56,592 bases of DNA from an uncultured Clostridia bacterium (GTDB lineage Bacteria; Bacillota; Clostridia; TANB77; CAG-508). Where the stretch lies: NCBI GenBank assembly GCA_947624525.1, contig CANQKT010000002.1:1-56592 (forward strand). The letters are read 5' to 3'. A model generated the notes under the pieces. The model was not told the DNA's origin. It did no database searches and saw only the letters and a list, made by a program, of their open reading frames with translations. This document shows, in pieces, positions 10,353 through 18,997 of the stretch (the stretch's first letter is position 1; each line of letters starts with the position of its first letter). The position numbers were made by a program, and so were the translations under genes.

Positions 10353-10733
10353 CTACTCCAATTCCAAAACCCAAATTAAATAGCAGAATTAGTTGGTATT
10401 AGTAAAACACCAACTAAAATGCTATTTTTAATTCTTTATCTTTTGTATATTAGTGGTATTTTTATATATAGCATTACACTATATAATTTGTACCATATCC
10501 ATCTTTTGCTTTTAATAACTCTCTTGTAAATTAAAAACTTATCTTTGGAAATTTTTACTTCTTTTGTTATTTTAGATTTTTTCTTTAGCAAAGCTCTCCA
10601 TTTTTTCTTTAGAATATCTGCTTAACTTAAAGCTTTATCTTTTGTACCCCTTTTATTTTCATCTTTCGTATCTTAAAAAGTCTTTAGTTTATTGTTTTTT
10701 TTGTCTTTAGTAATTTATATAAACTTTTGCAAG

Positions 10734-11166
10734 TTATATACCAAGCATAGTCATATTCTCTGCTAGTTCATCTGCAGAAATATATTCACTATTATTGTAC
10801 TCTTTCCACTTATCTTTGCTCCAGAATTCGATACGTGTTCCTACACCAATTATTATAATTTCTTTTTCCATTGATGCATATTCTCTTAAATTACTTGCAA
10901 CTAAAAATCTACCTTGTTTATCTATCTCACATTCTACTGCTCCTGATAGGAAAAACCTTACGAAATCTCTAGCATTTTTATTTGTTAATGGAAGTGATTT
11001 TAATTTTTCTTCAAAGCGTGTCCATTCTTCTCCGAGAAAAGCCGAATAAGCAGCCGTCTAAGCCCTTCGTCATTATGAATTTTTCGCCAACATCATCTCT
11101 TAACTTTGCTGGCATTATTAATCTACCTTTAACATCCAGAGAATGTTCATATTCACCAATAAGCAT
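10734..11166 (-). CDS. mraZ: Transcriptional regulator MraZ, interrupted by one +1 frame break at CGG 11032-11034
   Basis: Absent from the ORF track because it is split. ATG 11166 gives [44 protein letters not shown]. After skipping base 11034 it continues [76 protein letters not shown] to TAA 10734-10736. Confidence 0.85.
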
Positions 11167-11337
11167 TTATGACACCTCACTTACTTTTTTACCACTTTGT
11201 ACCACTTTCCTCCACCTGCAATTAAATTGTAATATAACATTTTTTAAAATGCAATAGTTTTTTTTAATTTTTTTAATTTTTTTATTATCGTTTAATACTT
11301 TTCACATAGGTAATTTCTGTATAGTAATATAAGGATG

Positions 11338-12423
11338 CTAAAAAACATCCTTATATAACACATATTTACAATGATAATATTTATTTTCTTTCCCAAATTC
11401 CTCATTCAAAACCTGTATTCCTGTATTAACAAAAACATTAGGAGAATCAATCCAATTTATAAATTTATAAGCCTTTTGATCATTACTTGTATACATGCAA
11501 ACTGCGTAAGATGCATTTCTATTTAAGAAATTAATAATATTAGCAAATTCACCATTTATCAACTGAATTTCATACTCCTTATAGTTTTCGTCTTTCTTTA
11601 ATCTATCATACTCCTTCATAACCTCATCTTCATACTCATCATTTTCTAAATAAATATAAATAGTTTTTGAAAATAACTCCTTAACAGGTTTATCTTTATT
11701 TTTACCCTTTTTTATAAGCTTATCTAATTGACTAATTTGAAGCACATTATCCTCATACATCTGAACTATATTATCATCAACAGAAAAATTCTTTATGCAT
11801 TCCTTCACTATCAGTAAAATCAAAGCTTCAGTACTGTATTTATTATAATGGCTATGTAAAATAATAATAGAATTTCTAGTAGCTATTGACTTAAAAATAT
11901 TTTCAATTGCATTCTTTGAACTATCACATTCAACACCAATCACACCTATAGGTACATTATATCTTTCTGTTTCTTTATCTTTTGCTTTAAACTCACTAAC
12001 TGCTTTTTCTTCTTTTTCTAGCATCTTCAATATACTAGCATAGGTAACATCATCTTCATTCATTTTTATAAGTTCTTCAATTTTAGATTTATTTTCTTTT
12101 ATTTTTTCTTTAATCAAAGAAAAAATATCAATAGATATACTCTTACTATTATTAATAACATATTTTCTAAACGCTCTTCTTGCATTTGATATATATTCTT
12201 GAACAAATTCTGGATTATCGTGTATAAATTTTATTTTAGCTTTATTAGCTTCAATTTTATTTCCATCTTCAAGAAGTAGATTTTTCATTTTTCCTTTAAA
12301 AAAGAATTTTTTTATGGAATGTGTAACTCTAATTAAAAAACCCTTTTTTGGCACAATCAATTGCTTATTTTCATCTTGCTCTTGCACTTTTACGTCTATT
12401 TTCTCATCTTCTTGCTTTTCCAT
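11338..12423 (-). CDS. Hypothetical protein with a degenerate gamma-glutamyl-phosphate-reductase (ProA)/ALDH-like core
   Basis: ORF 11338..12495. Start moved to ATG 12423 behind AAAGGAGGAAAAA. NVPIGVIGVECDSSKNAIENIFKSIATRNSIIILHS resembles the ProA segment vPlGVIgiIYESRPNVtvD...lksGNavILRGG. I see no catalytic Cys motif. Confidence 0.4.
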   Translation of the reverse strand: MEKQEDEKIDVKVQEQDENKQLIVPKKGFLIRVTHSIKKFFFKGKMKNLLLEDGNKIEANKAKIKFIHDNPEFVQEYISNARRAFRKYVINNSKSISIDIFSLIKEKIKENKSKIEELIKMNEDDVTYASILKMLEKEEKAVSEFKAKDKETERYNVPIGVIGVECDSSKNAIENIFKSIATRNSIIILHSHYNKYSTEALILLIVKECIKNFSVDDNIVQMYEDNVLQISQLDKLIKKGKNKDKPVKELFSKTIYIYLENDEYEDEVMKEYDRLKKDENYKEYEIQLINGEFANIINFLNRNASYAVCMYTSNDQKAYKFINWIDSPNVFVNTGIQVLNEEFGKENKYYHCKYVLYKDVF

Positions 12424-12460
12424 TTTTTCCTCCTTTGTTTGCTTTTTACATGTGACATAT

Positions 12461-12953
12461 TTAAAAATACGAACTGATATCTTCCAAATTTTCAAAACCG
12501 ATTTGTCTTAGTACTTCATATACCACAATTGCCACTGAATTAGATAAATTCAATGAACGTAGAGTATGTCTCATTGGAATCCTGATAGTATTATTCAAAT
12601 TTTCCAAAAGCAAATCCTCAGGTAATCCCTTTGTTTCCTTCCCAAACAAAATAAAAACTTCATCATATTTACCATAATTCATATCAGAATAACAATGCTT
12701 AGCTTTAGTAGTTGCCAAAAACATATTTTCACCTAAAGGATATTTTTCCAAAAAAGCCCTTAGTGATTCGTGTTCTTCGATTTCCAACTTATCCCAATAA
12801 TCTAATCCCGCTCTTTTTAAATATTTGTCACTAATTTCAAAACCTAACGGCTTAACCAAATGCAATTTAGCTCCGAATTGCTGCACATGTTCTAGCAATA
12901 TTTCCCGTATTCTGTGGTATTTCAGGTTCTACCATAACAACATTAATTTTCAT
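12461..12953 (-). CDS. trmL: tRNA (cytidine/uridine-2'-O)-methyltransferase TrmL (SpoU/TrmH family), interrupted by one +1 frame break at CGG 12873-12875
   Basis: ATG 12953 gives MKINVVMVEPEIPQNTGNIARTCAAI, then CGG AGC TAA in the 0 frame. Skipping base 12875 joins it to GAKLHLVKPLGFEISDKYLKRAGLDYW (ORF 12461..12898). This matches the TrmL N-terminal pattern NTGNIiRtCAatG..LHLi.PLGF. Confidence 0.85.
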
Positions 12954-13074
12954 TTTTATAACTATCCTTTCACATATAATAACTATAGACTATCTTCTTT
13001 TATTAGTCAAGACAAAAATCGGTGTTAAAAAATTACTGTTAACACTTTTCAAGTTAAGCATTATAGAGCAGAAA

Positions 13075-15078
13075 TCAAATGACAAGCTTATTAAACTTCA
13101 GTCTAATATAACTCTCCAACTTGTCCATGAATTCTTGTGAATTAATTTCTTTTCTGGCAACCATATCTAACCCCTTCTCCCAACTAGCAGTTAACTTTGG
13201 ATTAAGCATATCTGGCATAGATCCATTAACCACATCAAATATAACTTCACCTTTAGGCGTAGGTGTTATAATTTGAGTTTTATTGTTTATTTGAATATAC
13301 TGAATCCTTTCTAACTTTTTCATAATTTCCGCTCTAGTAGCACTTGTACCAATACCAGCACCTTTAATTTGTTCCCTAAGTTCTTCATCTTCAATTAACT
13401 TTCCTGCATTTTCCATAGCCAAAATAATTGAACCTGAATTATACCTTGTTGGAGGACTAGTCTCGGCATCCTTGGTTTCAAAATTTACAATTCCTATCTC
13501 TTGTCCCTTTTTCAATTTTTTTACCAATTCTTCACTAATTTCGTTATCCTTTTTTCCAGAAACTTTCTCCTGTTCTTTTTCATCTATAGCATTTTTAATT
13601 GCACTTTTATTCAATATTTCAGAATTTTCATTATATTTATCCACATTTTTTCCACTAGTTTGTTTTGGTTTTGCTATTTCCAAATATCCCATTTTAGTAC
13701 ATACTTTACTAGTTGCTGAAAATTCTTCATTTTCTATATTAATAGTAATTGACAATTTATTAAACTCAGCAGCAGGATAAAAAATACATAAAAACCTTTT
13801 GACTATTAATTTATACACATCTTTTTGCAATTTATTTAAATTTTCAAAATTTTCATAACCCTGTCCAGTGGGAATAATAGCATAATGATCTGTAATTTTA
13901 CTATCATTTACATATTTTGACTTTACTATGTTAGTAGAATACTTTTCATCTACCATTTTCTTTATATAACCTTGAACTTCCCTATCTTGATACCCTTTTG
14001 CAATTCCATTAAGGTTCTTAGAAATCACCTTAGCTACTGCAGTTGATAACACCCTTGCATCAGTTCTTGGGTATGTAACTAACTTTTTCTCATATAAAGT
14101 TTGAATTATCTCTAAAGTCTCATCTGGCTTTATTTTAAATCTTTTCGTACATTCATTTTGAATCTCTGCTAAGTTAAATAACAAAGGAGCATTTTCTTTT
14201 TGCTTAGCTTTTTTTACTTCTGTAACTATTGCCTTTTTATCTTTCAAAGAAGCAATAAAATTCCTAGCATCTTCAACCTTTTTAAAACCTGTTTCATTAT
14301 ATAACTTAGATGTATTATACATACTAGACTTCTCGTTTGCCTTCCATTCAGCCTTTAAAGTTTCTTGACCATCTCCAAACTCACCTACAATTTTATAATA
14401 AGTAGTTTTTACAAAATTTCTTATTTCTCTTTCTCTATTAACTATCATTCCTAAAACACATGTCATAACACGACCTACTGAAATAGAAATTCTTTCTTCA
14501 TTTAGTTTGTTGGCTACTCTTCTACCAAAAATTATAGTTAGTAATCTGGAAAAATTTATTCCAATTAGATAATCCTCTTTTGCACGTAAATATGCCGAAT
14601 CAGATAAGCTATCATATTCCTCCAAATTTTTTGCTTCACTAATTCCTCTTTTTATTTCCTCTTCTGTTTGAGAATCTATCCATACTCTTCTTCGTTCTTT
14701 ATTCTTAACACCAGCCATTTGTTCAACTAATCTATATATATACTCTCCTTCACGCCCTGAGTCAGTAGCAACATAAATTATCTCAACATCTTCTCTTACT
14801 AATAAAGATTTTACTATGTTAAATTGTTTTTCAACAGCTGGAATTATCTCATATTTATATTCCTTAGGCATAAAGGGCAATGTATCTAGTCTCCAAAACT
14901 TTAATTTTTCATCATAAACCTCTGGATATGACATTGTAATTAAATGACCTACACACCAAGTAACTATCCATTTATCAGACTCCAAATAGCCGTCTTTTCT
15001 AGCACCATTTATTCCTAAAACTTTCGCAAACTCCATAGCAACTGAAGGTTTTTCAGTAATCAAAATATTTTTTGCCAT
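13075..15078 (-). CDS. topB: DNA topoisomerase III
   Basis: 667 aa. Toprim N-terminus ILITEKPSVA..WCVGHL, a DxD-type acidic cluster (ATDSGREGE), and a type IA core (RVLSTA..TYPRTDAR). Confidence 0.85.
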   Translation of the reverse strand: MAKNILITEKPSVAMEFAKVLGINGARKDGYLESDKWIVTWCVGHLITMSYPEVYDEKLKFWRLDTLPFMPKEYKYEIIPAVEKQFNIVKSLLVREDVEIIYVATDSGREGEYIYRLVEQMAGVKNKERRRVWIDSQTEEEIKRGISEAKNLEEYDSLSDSAYLRAKEDYLIGINFSRLLTIIFGRRVANKLNEERISISVGRVMTCVLGMIVNREREIRNFVKTTYYKIVGEFGDGQETLKAEWKANEKSSMYNTSKLYNETGFKKVEDARNFIASLKDKKAIVTEVKKAKQKENAPLLFNLAEIQNECTKRFKIKPDETLEIIQTLYEKKLVTYPRTDARVLSTAVAKVISKNLNGIAKGYQDREVQGYIKKMVDEKYSTNIVKSKYVNDSKITDHYAIIPTGQGYENFENLNKLQKDVYKLIVKRFLCIFYPAAEFNKLSITINIENEEFSATSKVCTKMGYLEIAKPKQTSGKNVDKYNENSEILNKSAIKNAIDEKEQEKVSGKKDNEISEELVKKLKKGQEIGIVNFETKDAETSPPTRYNSGSIILAMENAGKLIEDEELREQIKGAGIGTSATRAEIMKKLERIQYIQINNKTQIITPTPKGEVIFDVVNGSMPDMLNPKLTASWEKGLDMVARKEINSQEFMDKLESYIRLKFNKLVI

Positions 15079-15130
15079 AACACTTCATTCATCCTTTCAT
15101 ACTACCCCAAATAACACTATTGTTTTCGCC

Positions 15131-15159
15131 ATTATATCATAATATCTGTATTATAACAA
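15131..15159 (-). promoter_or_regulatory. Candidate sigma-A promoter of topB
   Basis: Minus strand reads TTGTTA, 17 nt, TATAAT, about 50 nt upstream of ATG 15078. It lies just downstream of the AT-rich repeat copy at 15162-15210. Confidence 0.4.
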
Positions 15160-15161
15160 TT

Positions 15162-15210
15162 AAAAAATTTATTTATTATTTTATTTCTTCTAGGTTACAG
15201 TTTAAGTGCT
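15162..15210 (+). repeat. Degenerate copy of the intergenic AT-rich element plus GTTACAGTT(T/C)A(A/G)GTGCT arm
   Basis: AAAAAATTTATTTATTATTTTATTT followed by GTTACAGTTTAAGTGCT (15194-15210). The arm is a 15/17 match to GTTACAGTTCAGGTGCT at 37216-37232. Confidence 0.45.
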
Positions 15211-15311
15211 AAAAAAGCCATTGTAGAGTAGTCAAAAGAACCTAAACAATTAAAAGTCACAATTATAAAATCGATTAGCTTAATCACGATGAATACAGCA
15301 TTGCCACAAAC

Positions 15312-15340
15312 TTGACTAAACCAAAATTTTATAGTATATT
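15312..15340 (+). promoter_or_regulatory. Candidate sigma-A promoter of clpC
   Basis: TTGACT (15312-15317), 17 nt, TATATT (15335-15340), 43 nt upstream of ATG 15384. Confidence 0.45.
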
Positions 15341-15383
15341 ATTTATTGTATAAAAAATAAGAAAGAATAGGTGATTTAAATAC

Positions 15384-17708
15384 ATGTTATGTTCAAAATG
15401 TAAGAAAAACACAGCAGTTGTTTTTGTTAACAGAATAGATAACAACCAACAGCATATGGAGGGATATTGTTACAATTGTGCAAAAGAAATAGGTATAAAT
15501 CCATTAGAAGCTTTAGCAAAGCAAGCTAATTTATCTCAGTCTGATTTAGAAGATATGACATCTCAATTTGAAACTATGTTTCAAGATCTTTCTGAAAATA
15601 TGTCTGAAGAAGATTTAAATGACTTAATGTCAGATAGTGAAGATGCATTGAACGAATTAAATCCCGAATCATTAGGTTCAATTTTTTCTGGATTGTTCGG
15701 TTTTAAAAATAATGATAATGCAAATTCTGCAGAACAAGAATCTTTTTCAAAATCAGATAAAACACAAAAAGTAAAAGAAAATAAAAAACAAAATAATAAG
15801 AAGAAAAAAGCCCTAGATACATTTGGGACCAATCTTACAAATAAAGCTAAAAATAATCAATTAGATATGGTTATTGGTCGTGATAGAGAAATTCAAAGAA
15901 TAGTGCAAATCCTAAATAGACGTTCAAAAAACAATCCATGTTTAATTGGTGAACCTGGTGTAGGAAAAACTGCCATAGCTCAAGGATTGGCTATTAAAAT
16001 AGCAAATGGAAATGTTCCTGCAAAATTACTAAATAAAGAAGTTTATCTTTTAGATATGACAGCAGTTATAGCTGGAACACAATTTAGAGGTCAATTTGAA
16101 GCAAGAATGAAATCAATAATTGACGAATGTAAAAACCTAGGTAATATAATTTTAGTTATTGATGAAATCCATAACATAATTGGGGCTGGAGATGCTGAAC
16201 ATTCTATGAATGCAGCCAATATATTAAAACCATCTTTATCTAATGGAGAAATTCAATTAATTGGAACAACTACCTTAAAAGAATATAGAAAATATATTGA
16301 AAAGGATTCTGCTTTGGAAAGAAGGTTTCAACCAGTTAAAATAGAAGAACCTTCTGTTAATGATTCAATTGAAATTTTAAATGGTATTAAAAAATATTAT
16401 GAAGATTATCACAAAGTAAAGATATCTAAAGACGTTATACGTCAAACTGTTATAATGTCTGAAAAATATATTCATGATAGGTTTTTACCAGACAAGGCGA
16501 TTGATATACTAGATGAAGCATGCTCAAGAATAAATTTAAATAATAAACAATTATATAAATTAGAAGTTTTGAAAAATGAACTTAAAAAAGTGCAAGAAGA
16601 AAAAGAGGAAGCAGCCTCTGCTGATTCAACAGAGGATTATCAGAAAGCAGCTGAATTAAAAACTAAAGAATGTAAGTTAAATGAACAAATAGCTGAATTA
16701 AGCAAAACCATGAAGACCGTAAGTTTAACGGTTCAAGACATAGCAAATGTAATTGAACACTGGACTAAAATTCCGGTTAAAAAAATTACAGAAGCTGAAA
16801 CTCAAAAATTATTAAATTTAGAGCAAAACTTACATAATAGAGTTATTGGTCAAGATCAAGCAATAGAAGCAGTTTCAAGAGCTATACGTAGAAATCGTGC
16901 TGGTTTAAAAAGTGCAAAACGCCCACCTTCATTTATATTTGTAGGTCCTACTGGCGTTGGTAAAACTGAACTTGCTAAAACTTTAGCCTATGAAATGTTT
17001 GGCAATGAAAACTCAATTATTAGAATAGATATGTCCGAATATATGGAAAGTCATTCTACTTCAAAACTAATAGGTTCACCTCCGGGATATGTTGGATATG
17101 ATGATGCTGGTCAACTTACAGAAAAAGTCAAACGAAATCCATATTCTATAATCTTACTTGACGAGATAGAAAAAGCACATCCTGATGTATTTAACCTTCT
17201 ATTACAAGTTCTAGACGAAGGACGTTTAACTGATTCACAAGGAAATACTATTAATTTTGAAAATACAATTATTATAATGACATCTAATGCAGGTTCAACC
17301 TTAAATACAAACTCAATTGGATTCGGAGCAAATGATGAAACAAGGAAAAATAAAATTTTAGATACTTTAAAAGAGGTTTTTAGGCCAGAATTTCTAAATA
17401 GAATTGATGAAATAGTTGTTTTTGAACAATTAACTAAAGAACAATTACTTCAAATAATTGATTTAATGTTAAATGAAACATCAAAAGTTTTACAAGATAA
17501 AGATATTACAATGGAGGTCTCTTTCGAAGCAAAAGAATACATATTACAACAGGGAACAGACTATAAATATGGGGCAAGACCTTTAAGAAGAGCAATTCAG
17601 AGATATATAGAAGACGAGATTTCCGACATGATATTAAGATCTGAACTAAAAAACGGACAAAAAATTATCATAACATTTGACACTGGATTACATTTCAATG
17701 TTCAATAA
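15384..17708 (+). CDS. clpC: Clp/Hsp100 AAA+ ATPase (ClpC-like) with an N-terminal Cys4 zinc ribbon
   Basis: Two AAA+ modules: Walker A GEPGVGKT and GPTGVGKT, plus Walker B DEIH and LLDEIEKA. Also has the UVR-like linker motif and an N-terminal CSKC...CYNC ribbon. Confidence 0.85.
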   Translation: MLCSKCKKNTAVVFVNRIDNNQQHMEGYCYNCAKEIGINPLEALAKQANLSQSDLEDMTSQFETMFQDLSENMSEEDLNDLMSDSEDALNELNPESLGSIFSGLFGFKNNDNANSAEQESFSKSDKTQKVKENKKQNNKKKKALDTFGTNLTNKAKNNQLDMVIGRDREIQRIVQILNRRSKNNPCLIGEPGVGKTAIAQGLAIKIANGNVPAKLLNKEVYLLDMTAVIAGTQFRGQFEARMKSIIDECKNLGNIILVIDEIHNIIGAGDAEHSMNAANILKPSLSNGEIQLIGTTTLKEYRKYIEKDSALERRFQPVKIEEPSVNDSIEILNGIKKYYEDYHKVKISKDVIRQTVIMSEKYIHDRFLPDKAIDILDEACSRINLNNKQLYKLEVLKNELKKVQEEKEEAASADSTEDYQKAAELKTKECKLNEQIAELSKTMKTVSLTVQDIANVIEHWTKIPVKKITEAETQKLLNLEQNLHNRVIGQDQAIEAVSRAIRRNRAGLKSAKRPPSFIFVGPTGVGKTELAKTLAYEMFGNENSIIRIDMSEYMESHSTSKLIGSPPGYVGYDDAGQLTEKVKRNPYSIILLDEIEKAHPDVFNLLLQVLDEGRLTDSQGNTINFENTIIIMTSNAGSTLNTNSIGFGANDETRKNKILDTLKEVFRPEFLNRIDEIVVFEQLTKEQLLQIIDLMLNETSKVLQDKDITMEVSFEAKEYILQQGTDYKYGARPLRRAIQRYIEDEISDMILRSELKNGQKIIITFDTGLHFNVQ

Positions 17709-17739
17709 TATTAATATATTAGAAATTGGAGGATTTTTT

Positions 17740-18294
17740 ATGCTTAAAAATGTACCAAATGCACTAACGATCGCACGTTTTATAATAATTCCATTTATAA
17801 TAGCATCTCTAATACAAAATAATTATATTTTAACCTTTATATTTTTAACACTATCAGCTTTGACAGATGTAATGGATGGCTATATAGCGAGAAAATTTGA
17901 TTTAATAAGTAATTTTGGAAAATTAGTAGATCCCTTAGCAGATAAAACTACACAAATAGCTATTTTAACAACTTTAGCATTAAAAGGCTTTATTCCATTA
18001 TGGATGATTCTTGTTATATTCATAAAAGAATTTGCAATGATTGCAGGAGCATCCTTCCTATATGGAAAAGATTTAGTTGTATCAAGTAAGTGGTATGGGA
18101 AATTAGCAACTGTGTTATTTTATGTTGCTATAGTGTGTTCTCTTGCTATAAAATACTTTGATATAGATTTTAAATTTGATATATATGTATATTATTTAGC
18201 TTTAGTCTTTACTATATTTTCTCTTTGCATGTATTTTCATGCTTTTTATGCACAAGGTTATTTAAAGAAGGAAAATTTGAGGATTAATAAGTAG
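17740..18294 (+). CDS. pgsA: CDP-diacylglycerol-glycerol-3-phosphate 3-phosphatidyltransferase
   Basis: ORF 17677..18294. Start ATG 17740 is behind GGAGG. CDP-alcohol phosphatidyltransferase motif DVMDGYIARK...G..VDPLADK, plus multiple TM helices. Confidence 0.8.
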   Translation: MLKNVPNALTIARFIIIPFIIASLIQNNYILTFIFLTLSALTDVMDGYIARKFDLISNFGKLVDPLADKTTQIAILTTLALKGFIPLWMILVIFIKEFAMIAGASFLYGKDLVVSSKWYGKLATVLFYVAIVCSLAIKYFDIDFKFDIYVYYLALVFTIFSLCMYFHAFYAQGYLKKENLRINK

Positions 18295-18299
18295 ATAAG

Positions 18300-18344
18300 A
18301 AATTTTGGGACGTTCCTAGGGAATTGGGGAACGTCCCAAAATTT
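18300..18344. terminator. Bidirectional terminator between pgsA and the convergent gene
   Basis: 17-bp perfect stem AAATTTTGGGACGTTCC / GGAACGTCCCAAAATTT with an 11-nt loop. The stem ends themselves are A/T runs. Confidence 0.7.
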
Positions 18345-18366
18345 TCTAATTTTTCCCTCAAATTTC

Positions 18367-18945
18367 CTACTCAAAATTTTCCAACAATTTATTTAAGTTA
18401 ACTCTTCCTACAACCTCTATTCCATCTTCTAAATTGGCCAAATCTTCTTCAGACAAATATTGTACTGAAATATCTGTCAATCCTTTAAAAATATATTCTC
18501 CAATATCATTTTTGCAACTAATACTAATATATCCATCTGATTCTCTTAAAATATAATGTTCACCACATATTCCTGAATTATTCCTGGATAACTTAATTTC
18601 ATCTGAACTAAATTCATCTATATTCCAACCATCGTAATATTCTTGAACTTTACCTTGATTCAAGTTAACAATTTCTCTAGGAACCATTTCTGTTGAAGTA
18701 ATTGTATGACCACATTGACTATAAGTTTGAGTCAATATTATATTAGCCTTTGGAGAAACAATAATTTCAGATGAACTTGTATCAACAACTTCATCTGATT
18801 TTTCTTCGGCAAGCACAGCTTGATTAGATCTCTTCTCTTCTTTTGAAAAATTGATAAAAGAATTTACCATAAATCCAGCTATGACAGCAAATATAAATAT
18901 TGCAATAAGTAGAGCTGTTATTATCCATTTTTTCATTTTAATCAC
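18367..18945 (-). CDS. Membrane-anchored BofC-C-terminal-domain-like protein
   Basis: N-terminal TM, then QCGHTI...GICGEHYILRESDGYISI...LSEEDLANLEDGIEVVGRVNLNKLLENFE. This matches the layout I associate with clostridial BofC_C-domain proteins, from memory only. Confidence 0.45.
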   Translation of the reverse strand: MIKMKKWIITALLIAIFIFAVIAGFMVNSFINFSKEEKRSNQAVLAEEKSDEVVDTSSSEIIVSPKANIILTQTYSQCGHTITSTEMVPREIVNLNQGKVQEYYDGWNIDEFSSDEIKLSRNNSGICGEHYILRESDGYISISCKNDIGEYIFKGLTDISVQYLSEEDLANLEDGIEVVGRVNLNKLLENFE

Positions 18946-18997
18946 CTTATCCTTTTATTGTAGTATTTCTTATTTTGGAAAATTTATACATAAATTC

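Noticed and set aside
15230-15246. CtsR-like operator AGTCAAA-AGA-ACCTAAA upstream of clpC.
   Set aside because: The second heptad has two mismatches. The site lies about 70 nt upstream of the -35 rather than overlapping the promoter, so the evidence is insufficient.
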